In this document: positions 1 through 9,495 of the stretch, piece after piece
Layout: each line of letters starts with the position of its first letter
Numbering within the stretch: position 1 is the stretch's first letter
NCBI GenBank assembly: GCA_031425655.1
Contig: JANPJS010000073.1
Span: 1 to 64,000, forward strand
Direction of reading: 5' to 3'
DNA length: 64,000 nt
Origin: Abditibacteriaceae bacterium
GTDB lineage: Bacteria; Armatimonadota; Abditibacteriia; Abditibacteriales; Abditibacteriaceae
Position numbers and translations under genes: made by a program
The notes under the pieces: model-generated
The model's database searches: none
Seen by the model: the letters and a program-made list of their open reading frames with translations, nothing else
Told to the model about the DNA's origin: nothing

Positions 1-37
1 TGTAAATCCGTGGCCGTTTCCGCGTAAATCCGTGTTC
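1..37. repeat. Partial REP-like arm, family B (ACACGG/CCGTGT type)
   Basis: aatccgtggccgtttccgcgtaaatccgtgttc resembles the right arms at 20960-20985, 36209-36260 and 62436-62480. Confidence 0.7.
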
Positions 38-48
38 TATTGGAAGTT

Positions 49-1968
49 TCAGGAAACGAATTCCAAAACTTCCGAAAAAGGCCGTTCGACGAAAATACCG
101 AAAAGCGGATGGCGCGAAAGGCGTGCTTTGCCCAGCGCCGGGCTGGAAAGTCCGCACAAAAAGCGGGCGCGCTGGCGCGGCAAAGCGAGCGATTCGGCGT
201 TAGCGTCGCAGAGTTGGCGCCACGCTTCCAAATCCAATCTGGCGGGCAGAGGCGGCAGTTCGCGCACGGGCGGCAAAACGGAAATGCGCCTGGTGCGGCA
301 GAAAGTGCAGTGTCCGCACGGTTCGGCGCGCTCTTCGCCGAAATATGTGGTCAGCACGTTGGTTTGGCAGCCTTCATTTTCGATGAGCGCCAAAACCTGC
401 TGCAAACGCGCGATTTCGCTGGCTTCGCGCCGCTCGAAGCGCGTCGCCAGTTCTTCCACTAACGCATTCGCGTCTTCGTTTTCGCGCAAACGCACGTAAC
501 GCTGGCGCACATCGCTGACGGTGAGGTGAATCAGTTCGCGTTCTTCAAGCACTTCCAAAGCGCGCACGATGCGTTTGCGCGGCACGCCGAGCGTTTCGGC
601 GGTTTCGTCGGGGTTGAGGCGAATCCAGATTTTGGAGTGTTTGGCCGCGTCGAAAATGCTCTGCAAAAACTGGCCGGGTTCGGCTGGAAACTGCGCGATG
701 ATTTCAGCTAATGGCGCATTCAATTTCAGCGCATATCCGGCGTAAAACGGCGTGCCCTGCTTCAACACGCCGAACAATTCCAGATAAGTCAGCGCCGTGC
801 GCAAAACCAGCGGGCGAATGTCGAGGCGCGTGGATAATTCATTTTGATCGAGCGCGAATTCCGGCCCCAAACTGAGAATTTCTTCGACGAAACTTTGCAG
901 CGCGGCGCGTTCGGGCGTGTCGCCATAAGCGAAGTTTTCCAAAGCCGGCACGTCGTCGCGCGAAGCGAAAAGTTCGACGATGGATTTCGCTCCATCGCGC
1001 CCGGCGCGTCCGATTTCCTGCGAATAGCTTTCGAGACTTTTCGGCAAATTGTAATGATAAACGTAGCGCACATTCGCCTTGTCAATGCCCATGCCGAAGG
1101 CAATCGTAGCCACGACGATGCGATTATCGCCGGCCATCCACCATTCCTGCGTTTCGCTGCGCAACTCGGCGTCCATTCCGGCGTGATAAGGCCGCGCGGG
1201 TAGGCCGTTTTCGGCTAACATTTCGGCGACGTTCTCGGCGGTGCGCTGCAACGTGACGTAAACAATCGTCGGCCCCGGTGTGCGCGCACTGAGGCGTTTG
1301 AAAAGCAATTCGTCGCGCTGACGGGCCGGGGCGGGCGTGGTGCAGAGGTTCAAATTCTCCCGATAAAAGCCGGTCACGATGGCGCCGGAATGCGAAATTC
1401 CAAAACCGTCGCAAATCGCTTCCACGACATCCGGCGTAGCCGTGGCGGTGAGCGCCAAAACGCGCCGCGCGCCGATTTGCTTGGCCGTAACCGCGAGTTT
1501 CATGTAATCGGGCCGAAAATTGTGGCCCCATTCGGCGATGCAATGCGCTTCGTCAACCGCGAACAGCGCAATCGAAACGCGCTGCAAAAGCGACAAAAAC
1601 CGCTCGTTGTTGAAGCGTTCGGGCGCGACGTAAAGCAGCTTTAGTTGGCCGTTGCGGGCCTGATCTTGCACTGCATAAGATTCATCGCTCGTCAGAGACG
1701 AATCCAAGCGCGCCGCCGCGATGCCGCGACTTTGCAGAAAATCAATTTGATCTTTCATTAAAGCAATCAGCGGTGAAACGACTAAAGTCAGGCCGTCGAA
1801 AGCCAAAGCGGGCAGTTGATAGCACAGCGATTTGCCGGCGCCGGTCGGGAAAACCGCCAGCGCGGCCTGACGTTCGGCGAGCGCGTTCATCACTTCGAGT
1901 TGGCCGGGGCGAAATTCGCTGAAGCCGAAGTGGGTTTGCAAAAGCGAAGAAAAGTCGGGAGTTTCCAT
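49..1968 (-). CDS. recQ: RecQ-family ATP-dependent DNA helicase
   Basis: PTGAGKSLCYQ, DEAHC, ATIAFGMGIDK, QEIGRAGRDG and C-terminal CGHCTFC Zn motif. Confidence 0.95.
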   Translation of the reverse strand: METPDFSSLLQTHFGFSEFRPGQLEVMNALAERQAALAVFPTGAGKSLCYQLPALAFDGLTLVVSPLIALMKDQIDFLQSRGIAAARLDSSLTSDESYAVQDQARNGQLKLLYVAPERFNNERFLSLLQRVSIALFAVDEAHCIAEWGHNFRPDYMKLAVTAKQIGARRVLALTATATPDVVEAICDGFGISHSGAIVTGFYRENLNLCTTPAPARQRDELLFKRLSARTPGPTIVYVTLQRTAENVAEMLAENGLPARPYHAGMDAELRSETQEWWMAGDNRIVVATIAFGMGIDKANVRYVYHYNLPKSLESYSQEIGRAGRDGAKSIVELFASRDDVPALENFAYGDTPERAALQSFVEEILSLGPEFALDQNELSTRLDIRPLVLRTALTYLELFGVLKQGTPFYAGYALKLNAPLAEIIAQFPAEPGQFLQSIFDAAKHSKIWIRLNPDETAETLGVPRKRIVRALEVLEERELIHLTVSDVRQRYVRLRENEDANALVEELATRFERREASEIARLQQVLALIENEGCQTNVLTTYFGEERAEPCGHCTFCRTRRISVLPPVRELPPLPARLDLEAWRQLCDANAESLALPRQRARFLCGLSSPALGKARLSRHPLFGIFVERPFSEVLEFVS

Positions 1969-1987
1969 CTGTGGGGAGTATAAATTA

Positions 1988-2566
1988 ACCCAAGTTGCTG
2001 GCTATGGAGTGCGGCGGCTCGGCGCCGCTTTCAGAAGCCGCTTTGTCGGCAGGAACCCTTTGTTTTGTTGAGGACACGCTGTAGCGTGTCCCTACGGGAG
2101 CCGCATTTCTTGTATGGACACGCTACAGCGTGTCCATAGTCATCAATCCAAGCAACTTTGGAGGCAAATTGGAGCCAGAGAGAGTGTCATTCCGAGTGGA
2201 GTTGGGCCGAAACGCAGTCCGGGAACCCGCTTGCGGGTGGGACAACGCAGTCGAGGAATCTTTTCTGCGGCCCCGTTGGTAAAAGATTCCTCGACTGCGA
2301 ACGACGGCGCGATTTTATCGCGTCGCGCCATCGTTCTTCGCTCGGAATGACACACTCTTTTTACGCGCACAACCCCCAATTTGGTCTTAGCTTGATGACT
2401 ATGGGACACGCTACAGCGTGTCCAACTGCGTTTCTCCTATTTTGAAGTTTGACAGCCGGTTATTCCCATTATTCCCCGTGCTTGATGTTTAACGCCGACA
2501 AGTCGGCTTGAAAAGCGCGAACCAGTTCGCGCACTCCAAAAATGCCGAGTCGGTGGCAACTTGGGT
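1988..2566. mobile_element. Non-autonomous TIR element (MITE-like) carrying nested REPs
   Basis: TIR acccaagttgc/gcaacttgggt; 9-bp direct repeat tataaatta at 1979-1987 and 2567-2575; inverted homolog at 14348-14657. Confidence 0.85.
2139..2399. mobile_element. Inner element with gtcatcaa/ttgatgac ends carrying a GTCATTCCGAG REP pair
   Basis: Absent from the 14348-14657 copy; flanked by duplicated tatg(g)gacacgctacagcgtgtcca. Confidence 0.75.
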
Positions 2567-2699
2567 TATAAATTAGCTTTGGTCATTATGTCGCATACGC
2601 AAGGGATTCAGCTTTGTGGAACCGTCAAAGCGTCAATCGTCTGGCATTGCGCGATATCGGCACGGCAGAACTATCATTGATAAAGTAGGAAAGACTTCT

Positions 2700-4628
2700 A
2701 TGAAACAACGCATAAAATCACTCAAGCAGGCATTTTTAGCACTGGGTTTGGCGCTTCCAGCTTTTTGCGGCGCGGTGCAGGCCCAAACCACGCTTTTTTT
2801 CGATGACTTCACGACTTGGAATGCCAACAGCCAGTGGAGCCTTTATGACACCACTCATTTTTTGCAGGGCACGCAATTCGGCAACACGCCGACCATCGGC
2901 ACCGAAGGCACGACCAAATTCGCGCGCTTCACTCTTGATTCTTACAATCCCGACCCGGCCTATTCAGGCAAGCTTTTTCGCGGGACGGAAGCACAGGGGC
3001 CAACTTACACCGTCGGCAGCGGAATCCAGTTTGCCGCCCGTTTGCGCGGCAAAAACCTCGATCCCGGCATCGTTTTCGCGTTTTTCACTTATAACAGCCG
3101 GGGCGTCTGGCCGAACACTTATCTCAAAGACGAAATTGACTTCGAGTTCCTGACCAACCTCAACGCCAACGAGATGTGGCTCAACGTGTGGGACGATTGG
3201 AATCCGGTGACTTACGGTTCTCAGCAATCGAGCCAAAGCGTGGCCGCCGGCTTGGACAAAAGCAACTGGAACACTTACAAAATCATCTGGACGGAGACTG
3301 CGATCAAATGGTATGTCAACGGCGTCCTGATTCGCACTTCGACCAACATCGTGCCCACAGACCCGATGCAGTTGCGCTTCAACATCTGGGCCGCCGATGA
3401 CAGATGGACGAGGGCTTACAGCAGACCTTTGATGGAATCGGCCACCACCGACCCGTCGCAAAACAAAACCTACTCGATGGACGTGGACTGGGTGCAAGTC
3501 ACCAGACTTCCAGCCGCCAATCCGACGCCGACCCCAACGCCAACTCCGGCACAGCCGCCCGGCGCGGTCGTCGGCAACGGCACAGGCTTATCCGCGACGT
3601 ATTACGACAACAAAGACCTCACCGGCACCACGCTGAACCGCGTTGATCCGACGATTGATTTCCTGTGGGGCTACGGCTCGCCGGCCTCATCCATCGGCAT
3701 CAACACCTTTTCGGCGCGCTGGACAGGCCTGGTGCAAGCGCAGTTTTCCGAAACATACACCTTCACCACCAACACCGATGACGGCGTGCGCTTGTGGGTC
3801 AACGGGCAAAAGTTAATTGATAAGTGGATTAACCAGTCTCCGGAAGATTACAGCGCACAAATCACGCTTGTCGCCGGGCAAAAATACGACATCAAGCTCG
3901 AATACTACGACGACTTAGACGGCGCCGTCGCGCAGCTTTTCTGGAGCAGTGCGCGCACGTCGAAACGAATCGTGCCCAAAAGCCAGCTTTATTCCAGTAA
4001 CGATGTCACGCCTCCCACAGCGACTATCGTGACACCGGCGAATAATGCGATTCTGCCATCGCTGACTTCGATAAGCGGCACGGCCAGCGACAGCGGTTCC
4101 GGTGTAGGTGCGGTTTATGCGCGCTTGCGGCGTCTGAGCGATTCTTATTATTGGAACGGCACGACGTGGGCCGCACCCGCCGCTCTGGTGCGCGTAACGG
4201 GCACCACCAATTGGAATTGGACGCCGCCGACGCTGCCCAACGGCTCTTACACCATTCAAATACGCGCCGATGACGTGGCGCGCAACATCTTCACAACGCC
4301 GCGGCGCCCCTTCTCGATTAACAATGCCGCTATTCTTGCGGGTGTGTCGTCCGGCGTGCAGCTTTCGAGCGCGCAGGCAAGCGGCAGCGAAATCACGCTT
4401 TTCTTCACCGGCGCTTTAGGCGAGGCGGCGCGCGATGTGGCGACATGGCAGGTGAATTCTAACGGCCAAGCCGTTGACGTGAGCCGCGTTGCACTCAGCA
4501 ACGGTGCTGTCGTCTTGAGCCTCGCGGCGCAACTGGAAAGCGGCAGCGAAATCTCGGTGGCGTGGCCACAACTGCGCGATGCGCAGGGCAATGCAGTCTC
4601 TGGGGATTGGCAGGGCGTAGCGCGGTAA
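2700..4628 (+). CDS. Secreted GH16 glycoside hydrolase with PT linker, PA14 domain, Ig-like domain and C-terminal beta domain
   Basis: Signal peptide ending AVQA; catalytic DEIDFE (ExDxE); PA14 TDDGVRLWVNG; RBS agga before ATG 2700. Confidence 0.85.
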   Translation: MKQRIKSLKQAFLALGLALPAFCGAVQAQTTLFFDDFTTWNANSQWSLYDTTHFLQGTQFGNTPTIGTEGTTKFARFTLDSYNPDPAYSGKLFRGTEAQGPTYTVGSGIQFAARLRGKNLDPGIVFAFFTYNSRGVWPNTYLKDEIDFEFLTNLNANEMWLNVWDDWNPVTYGSQQSSQSVAAGLDKSNWNTYKIIWTETAIKWYVNGVLIRTSTNIVPTDPMQLRFNIWAADDRWTRAYSRPLMESATTDPSQNKTYSMDVDWVQVTRLPAANPTPTPTPTPAQPPGAVVGNGTGLSATYYDNKDLTGTTLNRVDPTIDFLWGYGSPASSIGINTFSARWTGLVQAQFSETYTFTTNTDDGVRLWVNGQKLIDKWINQSPEDYSAQITLVAGQKYDIKLEYYDDLDGAVAQLFWSSARTSKRIVPKSQLYSSNDVTPPTATIVTPANNAILPSLTSISGTASDSGSGVGAVYARLRRLSDSYYWNGTTWAAPAALVRVTGTTNWNWTPPTLPNGSYTIQIRADDVARNIFTTPRRPFSINNAAILAGVSSGVQLSSAQASGSEITLFFTGALGEAARDVATWQVNSNGQAVDVSRVALSNGAVVLSLAAQLESGSEISVAWPQLRDAQGNAVSGDWQGVAR

Positions 4629-4650
4629 AGCGCACAGAGCAGTAAAAATC

Positions 4651-4692
4651 AAAGGGCGGAAAGCGGCATAAAACACCGTTTTTCGCCCTTTA
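4651..4692 (+). terminator. Putative terminator hairpin
   Basis: aaagggcggaaagcgg...ccgtttttcgcccttt after the GH16 stop. Confidence 0.5.
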
Positions 4693-4732
4693 ACTTGGGT
4701 TGCAATAAGCCGCTTTTTCAGGTTTTTTCGTC

Positions 4733-4750
4733 TTGTGCATTTTTGCACAG
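4733..4750. promoter_or_regulatory. Rex-like operator upstream of nuoJ
   Basis: TTGTGCA-TTTT-TGCACAG versus Rex consensus TTGTGAA-N4-TTCACAA; TAAAAT -10-like hexamer at 4756-4761. Confidence 0.55.
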
Positions 4751-4834
4751 ATTGTTAAAATCTGCGAGGATTAAGCCCCGGCAGGGTTCGGTTTTGGGTT
4801 GGGGAGCGTGTTATTTCGATATTAAATAGCACGC

Positions 4835-5455
4835 ATGACGGTGTTTATTGAAGCGGCTGCGTTGTTGGCGCAACTGCTGGAGGAATCGGTTTTGACCGCA
4901 GATTCGCTGCTTTTCGGCTTCGCTTCACTTTTAGTTATCGCCTCGGCCCTCATGGTGGTGCTGACTCGTCACCCCGTTTATTCCGCTCTTTTTCTGGTTC
5001 TCACGTTCATTGGCCTTTCCGTCTTTTTCCTGCAATTAGGCGCGCCATTTTTGGCCGCCGTGCAAGTGATCGTTTACGCGGGCGCCATCATGGTGCTCTT
5101 CGTTTTCGTCATTATGCTGCTGGGCGAAGACAAGCCGATGGCCAGCGAGCAGAGTCGCGGTGCGCACTTGCCTTTAGGCATCATTTTCGGCCTGCTGACG
5201 GTGCTGATGCTCGGTTATTTGATGACCAACCCGTCGCAGTTGAAAGCACCGCAAGGTCAGCCGCCTAAAGTGCATACGCTGGTCAGTGCCAACGCCACGG
5301 ACTCCGAAAAAGCCGCCGCCTATGCCGAATTTGGCTCTGTGCGCGCCATCGGCAACACGCTGTTCACCGATTATTTGTTTGCTTTTGAAGCGACTTCCAT
5401 CGTGCTGCTCGTAGCGATGGTCGGCGTCGTCGTGCTGGCGAAGAAGAGATTATGA
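4835..5455 (+). CDS. nuoJ: NADH-quinone oxidoreductase subunit J
   Basis: VQVIVYAGAIMVLFVFVIMLL; FEATSIVLLVAMVGVVVL. Confidence 0.95.
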   Translation: MTVFIEAAALLAQLLEESVLTADSLLFGFASLLVIASALMVVLTRHPVYSALFLVLTFIGLSVFFLQLGAPFLAAVQVIVYAGAIMVLFVFVIMLLGEDKPMASEQSRGAHLPLGIIFGLLTVLMLGYLMTNPSQLKAPQGQPPKVHTLVSANATDSEKAAAYAEFGSVRAIGNTLFTDYLFAFEATSIVLLVAMVGVVVLAKKRL

Positions 5456-5549
5456 CGAGTGAAAAGTGAAAAGTGATGAGTAAAAAGTAAAGGCTTCCTG
5501 CCACTACTTCTCACTTTTCACTTTTCACTTTTCACTTTTTACTCGTCAC
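5453..5549. repeat. Inverted heptamer array (AGTGAAA/TTTCACT)
   Basis: Tandem 7-mers facing their reverse complement between nuoJ and nuoK. Confidence 0.85.
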
Positions 5550-5554
5550 TTACC

Positions 5555-5881
5555 ATGCCTACTCATTATTATCTTGCGATCAGCGCGGCGCTCTTCACCA
5601 TCGGGGTGATGGGCGTTTTGCTGCGGCGCAACGCGATTGTGATTTTCATGTGCATCGAACTGATGCTGAACGCCGCCAACCTCGCGTTCGTGGCCACGGC
5701 CCGGCACTTTGCTTTGGCGGGTAATATTGACCCGGCGCGGGCGATGAGCGGGCAGGTTTTCGTCTTCTTCGTGATGACCGTCGCCGCCGCCGAAGTCGCT
5801 GTTGGATTAGCCATTATCGTGGCGCTGTTTCGCAATCGCAGCAGCATTGACGTAGACGACGTGAATCTTCTCAAATACTAA
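5555..5881 (+). CDS. nuoK: NADH-quinone oxidoreductase subunit K
   Basis: [20 protein letters not shown]. Confidence 0.95.
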   Translation: MPTHYYLAISAALFTIGVMGVLLRRNAIVIFMCIELMLNAANLAFVATARHFALAGNIDPARAMSGQVFVFFVMTVAAAEVAVGLAIIVALFRNRSSIDVDDVNLLKY

Positions 5882-7842
5882 TGCTTCCTCTCTGGCTGAT
5901 AATCGCCCTGCCTCTGCTCGGTTTCGTCGTCACCGGGCTTTTCGGCGCCAAAATGCCCAAACCGGCAGCGGGCGCCATCGCTTCACTGATGGTCGGCGCC
6001 GCGTTCGTCGTGGCGCTTTTGCACGTTTTGGGCGGCGTGCCCGAAAAAGCGATTTCTGAATCCGTTTACACATGGATACAGATCGGCAATTTCAAAGTAG
6101 ACGTGTCGCTGCTTTTGGATCGCCTGTCCGCCGTGATGATTCTCATCGTGACCGGCATCGGATTTCTGATTCACGTTTATTCCATCGGCTACATGGCGCA
6201 CGATCACAACGATCTCGAAGGCACGCGCTACGCCCGTTTTTTCTCGTATCTCAACTTGTTCATCGCCTTTATGGCGCTGCTGGTTTTGGCCGATAACTAC
6301 CTGCTGATGTTCGTCGGCTGGGAAGGCGTCGGGTTGTGCTCTTATTTCCTGATCGGTTTCTGGTTCGAGCGCGAAGACGCCGCCGAAGCCAGCAAAAAAG
6401 CCTTTATCGTCAATCGCATCGGCGACTTCGGCTTCCTGTTGGGAATGCTGTTGATTTTCTTAGCGGTTGGCTCGCTTAATTATCAGGAAGTCTTCGCCAA
6501 AGTCGGCGAACTGGATTCCGGCACCGTCGGCGCATTGGGCGGCGCGACTTTAATCACGCTGCTGCTGGCGTTGGGCGCAGCGGGCAAATCGGCGCAGATT
6601 CCTCTTTATACATGGCTGCCCGACGCGATGGCCGGCCCGACACCGGTTTCGGCCCTCATCCACGCTGCCACGATGGTCACGGCGGGCGTTTATATGTGCG
6701 CGCGATCCTCGGTGCTTTTCGAGGCCGCGCCCACGACTAAGCTGATTCTCTGCGGCATCGGCGCCGCGACAGCGCTTTTCGCCGGATTGACGGCTTTAGC
6801 GCACACCGACATCAAAAAAGTCCTTGCTTACTCGACGGTTTCACAGCTTGGATTCATGTTCATGGCCGTCGGCGCAGGCGCTTATATCGTAGCGATTTTC
6901 CACGTTTTCACGCACGCCTTCTTCAAAGCGTGTCTGTTTCTTGGCGCCGGTTCGGTCATTCACGCGCTCGGCGGCGAACAGGACATGAGAAAAATGGGCG
7001 GTCTCGCGGCGCGCATGAAAACCACGAACCTGACTTTCATGCTGTCGGGTTTGGCTTTGGCCGGCGCTATTCCGTTTGCGGGCTTTTTCTCGAAAGACGA
7101 AATCATCGGCTCGGTTTTCGCCGCCGGACAGGCCGCAGGCACCAACGGCATTTATGCGATTTTCGGCTCCATTGGCTTGTTGACTGCGCTGATTACGGCA
7201 ATTTACACAGGACGCCAGTATTCGCAGGTGTTTTTGGGCGAATCGCGCTGGAATGCCACGCAGCATCACGGCACCGAAGCGAGCGACGACAAGCACGCAC
7301 ATCACAGCGTCGAACCTCACGAATCACCTGCCGTAATGACGATTCCGCTGATAATTCTTGCTGTCGGCGCGGTTTTCGCGGGCTTTTTAGGTTTTCCCAA
7401 TTTGCCGGGCGTGCCCGAATCGCTGCACGGTTTTGCTAATTTTCTGGCGCCGGTTTTCGCAAGTGAGCATGGCGAACACGCCGAGCATAAGGCCAACGTG
7501 GTTTTGCTGCTGATTGGCGCGATTATCGGCTGGGGCGGCTGGATTTTCGGGCGCGGGCTGGGTTTGAAACAAGCCGAAAGCGCCTTCTGGCCGGAAAGCA
7601 TGAGCGCGCTGTCGCTGGACAAGGTTTATAACAACACCATCGTAAAACTCGGTTACGCGCTGGCGATGGCGGTGCGCTGGATTGACGAAAACATCGTGGA
7701 TGGCATCGTCAACGGCGTCGGGATTTTAGTCGGCCAATCGGCGGCCTCGCTGCGCTTGACGCAGACTTCGTTCGTGCGCAATTACGCTCTGGCGATGGCC
7801 GTCGGTGGCGCGATGATTTTGGCGTATTTTCTAACGAGCTAA
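5881..7842 (+). CDS. nuoL: NADH-quinone oxidoreductase subunit L
   Basis: WLPDAMAGPTPVSALIHAATMVTAG; HAFFKACLFL. Confidence 0.95.
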   Translation: MLPLWLIIALPLLGFVVTGLFGAKMPKPAAGAIASLMVGAAFVVALLHVLGGVPEKAISESVYTWIQIGNFKVDVSLLLDRLSAVMILIVTGIGFLIHVYSIGYMAHDHNDLEGTRYARFFSYLNLFIAFMALLVLADNYLLMFVGWEGVGLCSYFLIGFWFEREDAAEASKKAFIVNRIGDFGFLLGMLLIFLAVGSLNYQEVFAKVGELDSGTVGALGGATLITLLLALGAAGKSAQIPLYTWLPDAMAGPTPVSALIHAATMVTAGVYMCARSSVLFEAAPTTKLILCGIGAATALFAGLTALAHTDIKKVLAYSTVSQLGFMFMAVGAGAYIVAIFHVFTHAFFKACLFLGAGSVIHALGGEQDMRKMGGLAARMKTTNLTFMLSGLALAGAIPFAGFFSKDEIIGSVFAAGQAAGTNGIYAIFGSIGLLTALITAIYTGRQYSQVFLGESRWNATQHHGTEASDDKHAHHSVEPHESPAVMTIPLIILAVGAVFAGFLGFPNLPGVPESLHGFANFLAPVFASEHGEHAEHKANVVLLLIGAIIGWGGWIFGRGLGLKQAESAFWPESMSALSLDKVYNNTIVKLGYALAMAVRWIDENIVDGIVNGVGILVGQSAASLRLTQTSFVRNYALAMAVGGAMILAYFLTS

Positions 7843-7872
7843 ACGCCGAGGCGACAACTCCTCGGAATTATC

Positions 7873-9468
7873 ATGGCAGACCTGAACTCGCTGATTCTCA
7901 GCATTCTGATTTTCTTTCCATTAGCGGGCGCGGTTTTAGTGGCGCTGCTGCCGCGCGCCTTCGCGCGTAAAGCGGCTTTCGCCATCGCGCTGCTCAATCT
8001 GATTTTCTCGCTGCACCTGCTGCAAAACTGGGATTACAACGCGAACGGCTATCAATTCGAGCAAATGCTGCGTTGGCTGCCGCAATTCGGCATCAGCTAC
8101 CACTTGGGCATAGACGGCATCAGCATCTTGATGATTCTGCTGACGACTTTGCTCACGCCCATCGTGATTTTGGCCTCGAAAAACGTGGGGCAGCATCCGA
8201 AAGCGTTTTTCGCGTGCCTGCTGCTGCTCGAATCCACGCTGTGCGGCGTTTTCAGCGCCTTAGACGTGATTCTGTTTTACGTCTTTTTCGAAGCGGTGCT
8301 GGTGCCGATTTACATTCTCATCGCCACCTGGGGCGGGCCAAATCGCCAATACGCTGCGATTAAATATTTCCTCTACAACTTTCTGGGCAGCGTTTTGATG
8401 TGGATTGCGATGTTCTACATCTATTTCCATCAGACGAACGCCGCCGGACAGCCGCTTCCGATGTCGCAGCGCTCGTTCGATTTGCCGCAGTTCATGGCAT
8501 CGGCGCAGCAATTAGGCGCGGCGCCGGTTGCGATGTGGCTTTTCGCAGGCTTTGCCATCGCTTTCGCGGCGAAATCGGCGCTGTTCCCGCTGCATACAAT
8601 GGCGCCCGACGCTTACGCCGAAGCGCCGACCGCCGGTTCGGTTTTTCTCTCAGCGGTTTTGGCGAAAATGGGCACTTACGGCTTCCTTCGCTTCGTGCTG
8701 CCCTGCTTCCCCGAAGCCTCCACGACCGCCGCGCCGCTGATGATTACGCTTGGCTTAATTGCGGTCATTTACGGCGCACTTGTAGCCGTGATGCAGCGCG
8801 ATTTCAAGCGCACCATCGCGTATTCCTCGATTTCGCACGTCGGACTCATCATCGCCGGCATTTTCGCGGCGCAATTGGCCTCGGCTAACAGCGCGGACAG
8901 CGGTTTGACAAGCGCGGATTTGGCGACCGTCGCTCTCAGCGGCGCGACGTTGCAAATGTTCAATCACGGCATCAGCACGGCGGCACTGTTTTTGTTGCTC
9001 GGAATGCTCATCGAACGGCGCGACACCCGTTTAATCGGGCAATTCGGCGGGCTGGCCAAGCCGATGCCGCGCTTTGCCGTGCTGTTCTGGATCGCGCTCT
9101 TCGCGTCCATCGGATTGCCGGGACTGAACGGTTTTATCGGCGAATATCTGCTGTTGCAAGGCTTGGCTTCGGCGAAGTTCGTTTACGCGGCGTTTGGCGC
9201 AACAGGCGTTATTTTAGGCGCCGTTTATATGCTGAAGTTAAGTCGAAATCTGCTTTTCGGTGAAATCACCAACGAGGCGAACCGCAACTTGCGCGACGTG
9301 AATGGCATGGAAACCTTCGTAGTCGCGCTGCTTTTGCTGGTTTCGTTGTGGATTGGTCTGGCGCCGCAGCCGTTTTTGAATCTGATTCACAACGACGCCG
9401 CGAAAATCACGCAAATGGCGCAGGGCAAGCAGGCGCACAGCACACAGTTGGCGCGCATCGAAAAATAA
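7873..9468 (+). CDS. nuoM: NADH-quinone oxidoreductase subunit M
   Basis: EAPTAGSVFL, KMGTYGFLR, GLPGLNGFIGE. Confidence 0.95.
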   Translation: MADLNSLILSILIFFPLAGAVLVALLPRAFARKAAFAIALLNLIFSLHLLQNWDYNANGYQFEQMLRWLPQFGISYHLGIDGISILMILLTTLLTPIVILASKNVGQHPKAFFACLLLLESTLCGVFSALDVILFYVFFEAVLVPIYILIATWGGPNRQYAAIKYFLYNFLGSVLMWIAMFYIYFHQTNAAGQPLPMSQRSFDLPQFMASAQQLGAAPVAMWLFAGFAIAFAAKSALFPLHTMAPDAYAEAPTAGSVFLSAVLAKMGTYGFLRFVLPCFPEASTTAAPLMITLGLIAVIYGALVAVMQRDFKRTIAYSSISHVGLIIAGIFAAQLASANSADSGLTSADLATVALSGATLQMFNHGISTAALFLLLGMLIERRDTRLIGQFGGLAKPMPRFAVLFWIALFASIGLPGLNGFIGEYLLLQGLASAKFVYAAFGATGVILGAVYMLKLSRNLLFGEITNEANRNLRDVNGMETFVVALLLLVSLWIGLAPQPFLNLIHNDAAKITQMAQGKQAHSTQLARIEK

Positions 9469-9495
9469 CGTCGGGGCACGGATGACCGCGCCCAA

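Noticed and set aside
2072..2424. Repeated ggacacgct...agcgtgtcc units as a CRISPR array
   Set aside because: Mixed orientation, irregular spacing, REP-type structure, no cas genes
2114..2445. Short ORFs in the repeat element (also 14459-14796 and 49404-49616)
   Set aside because: They are translations of palindromic repeats without RBS or protein motifs
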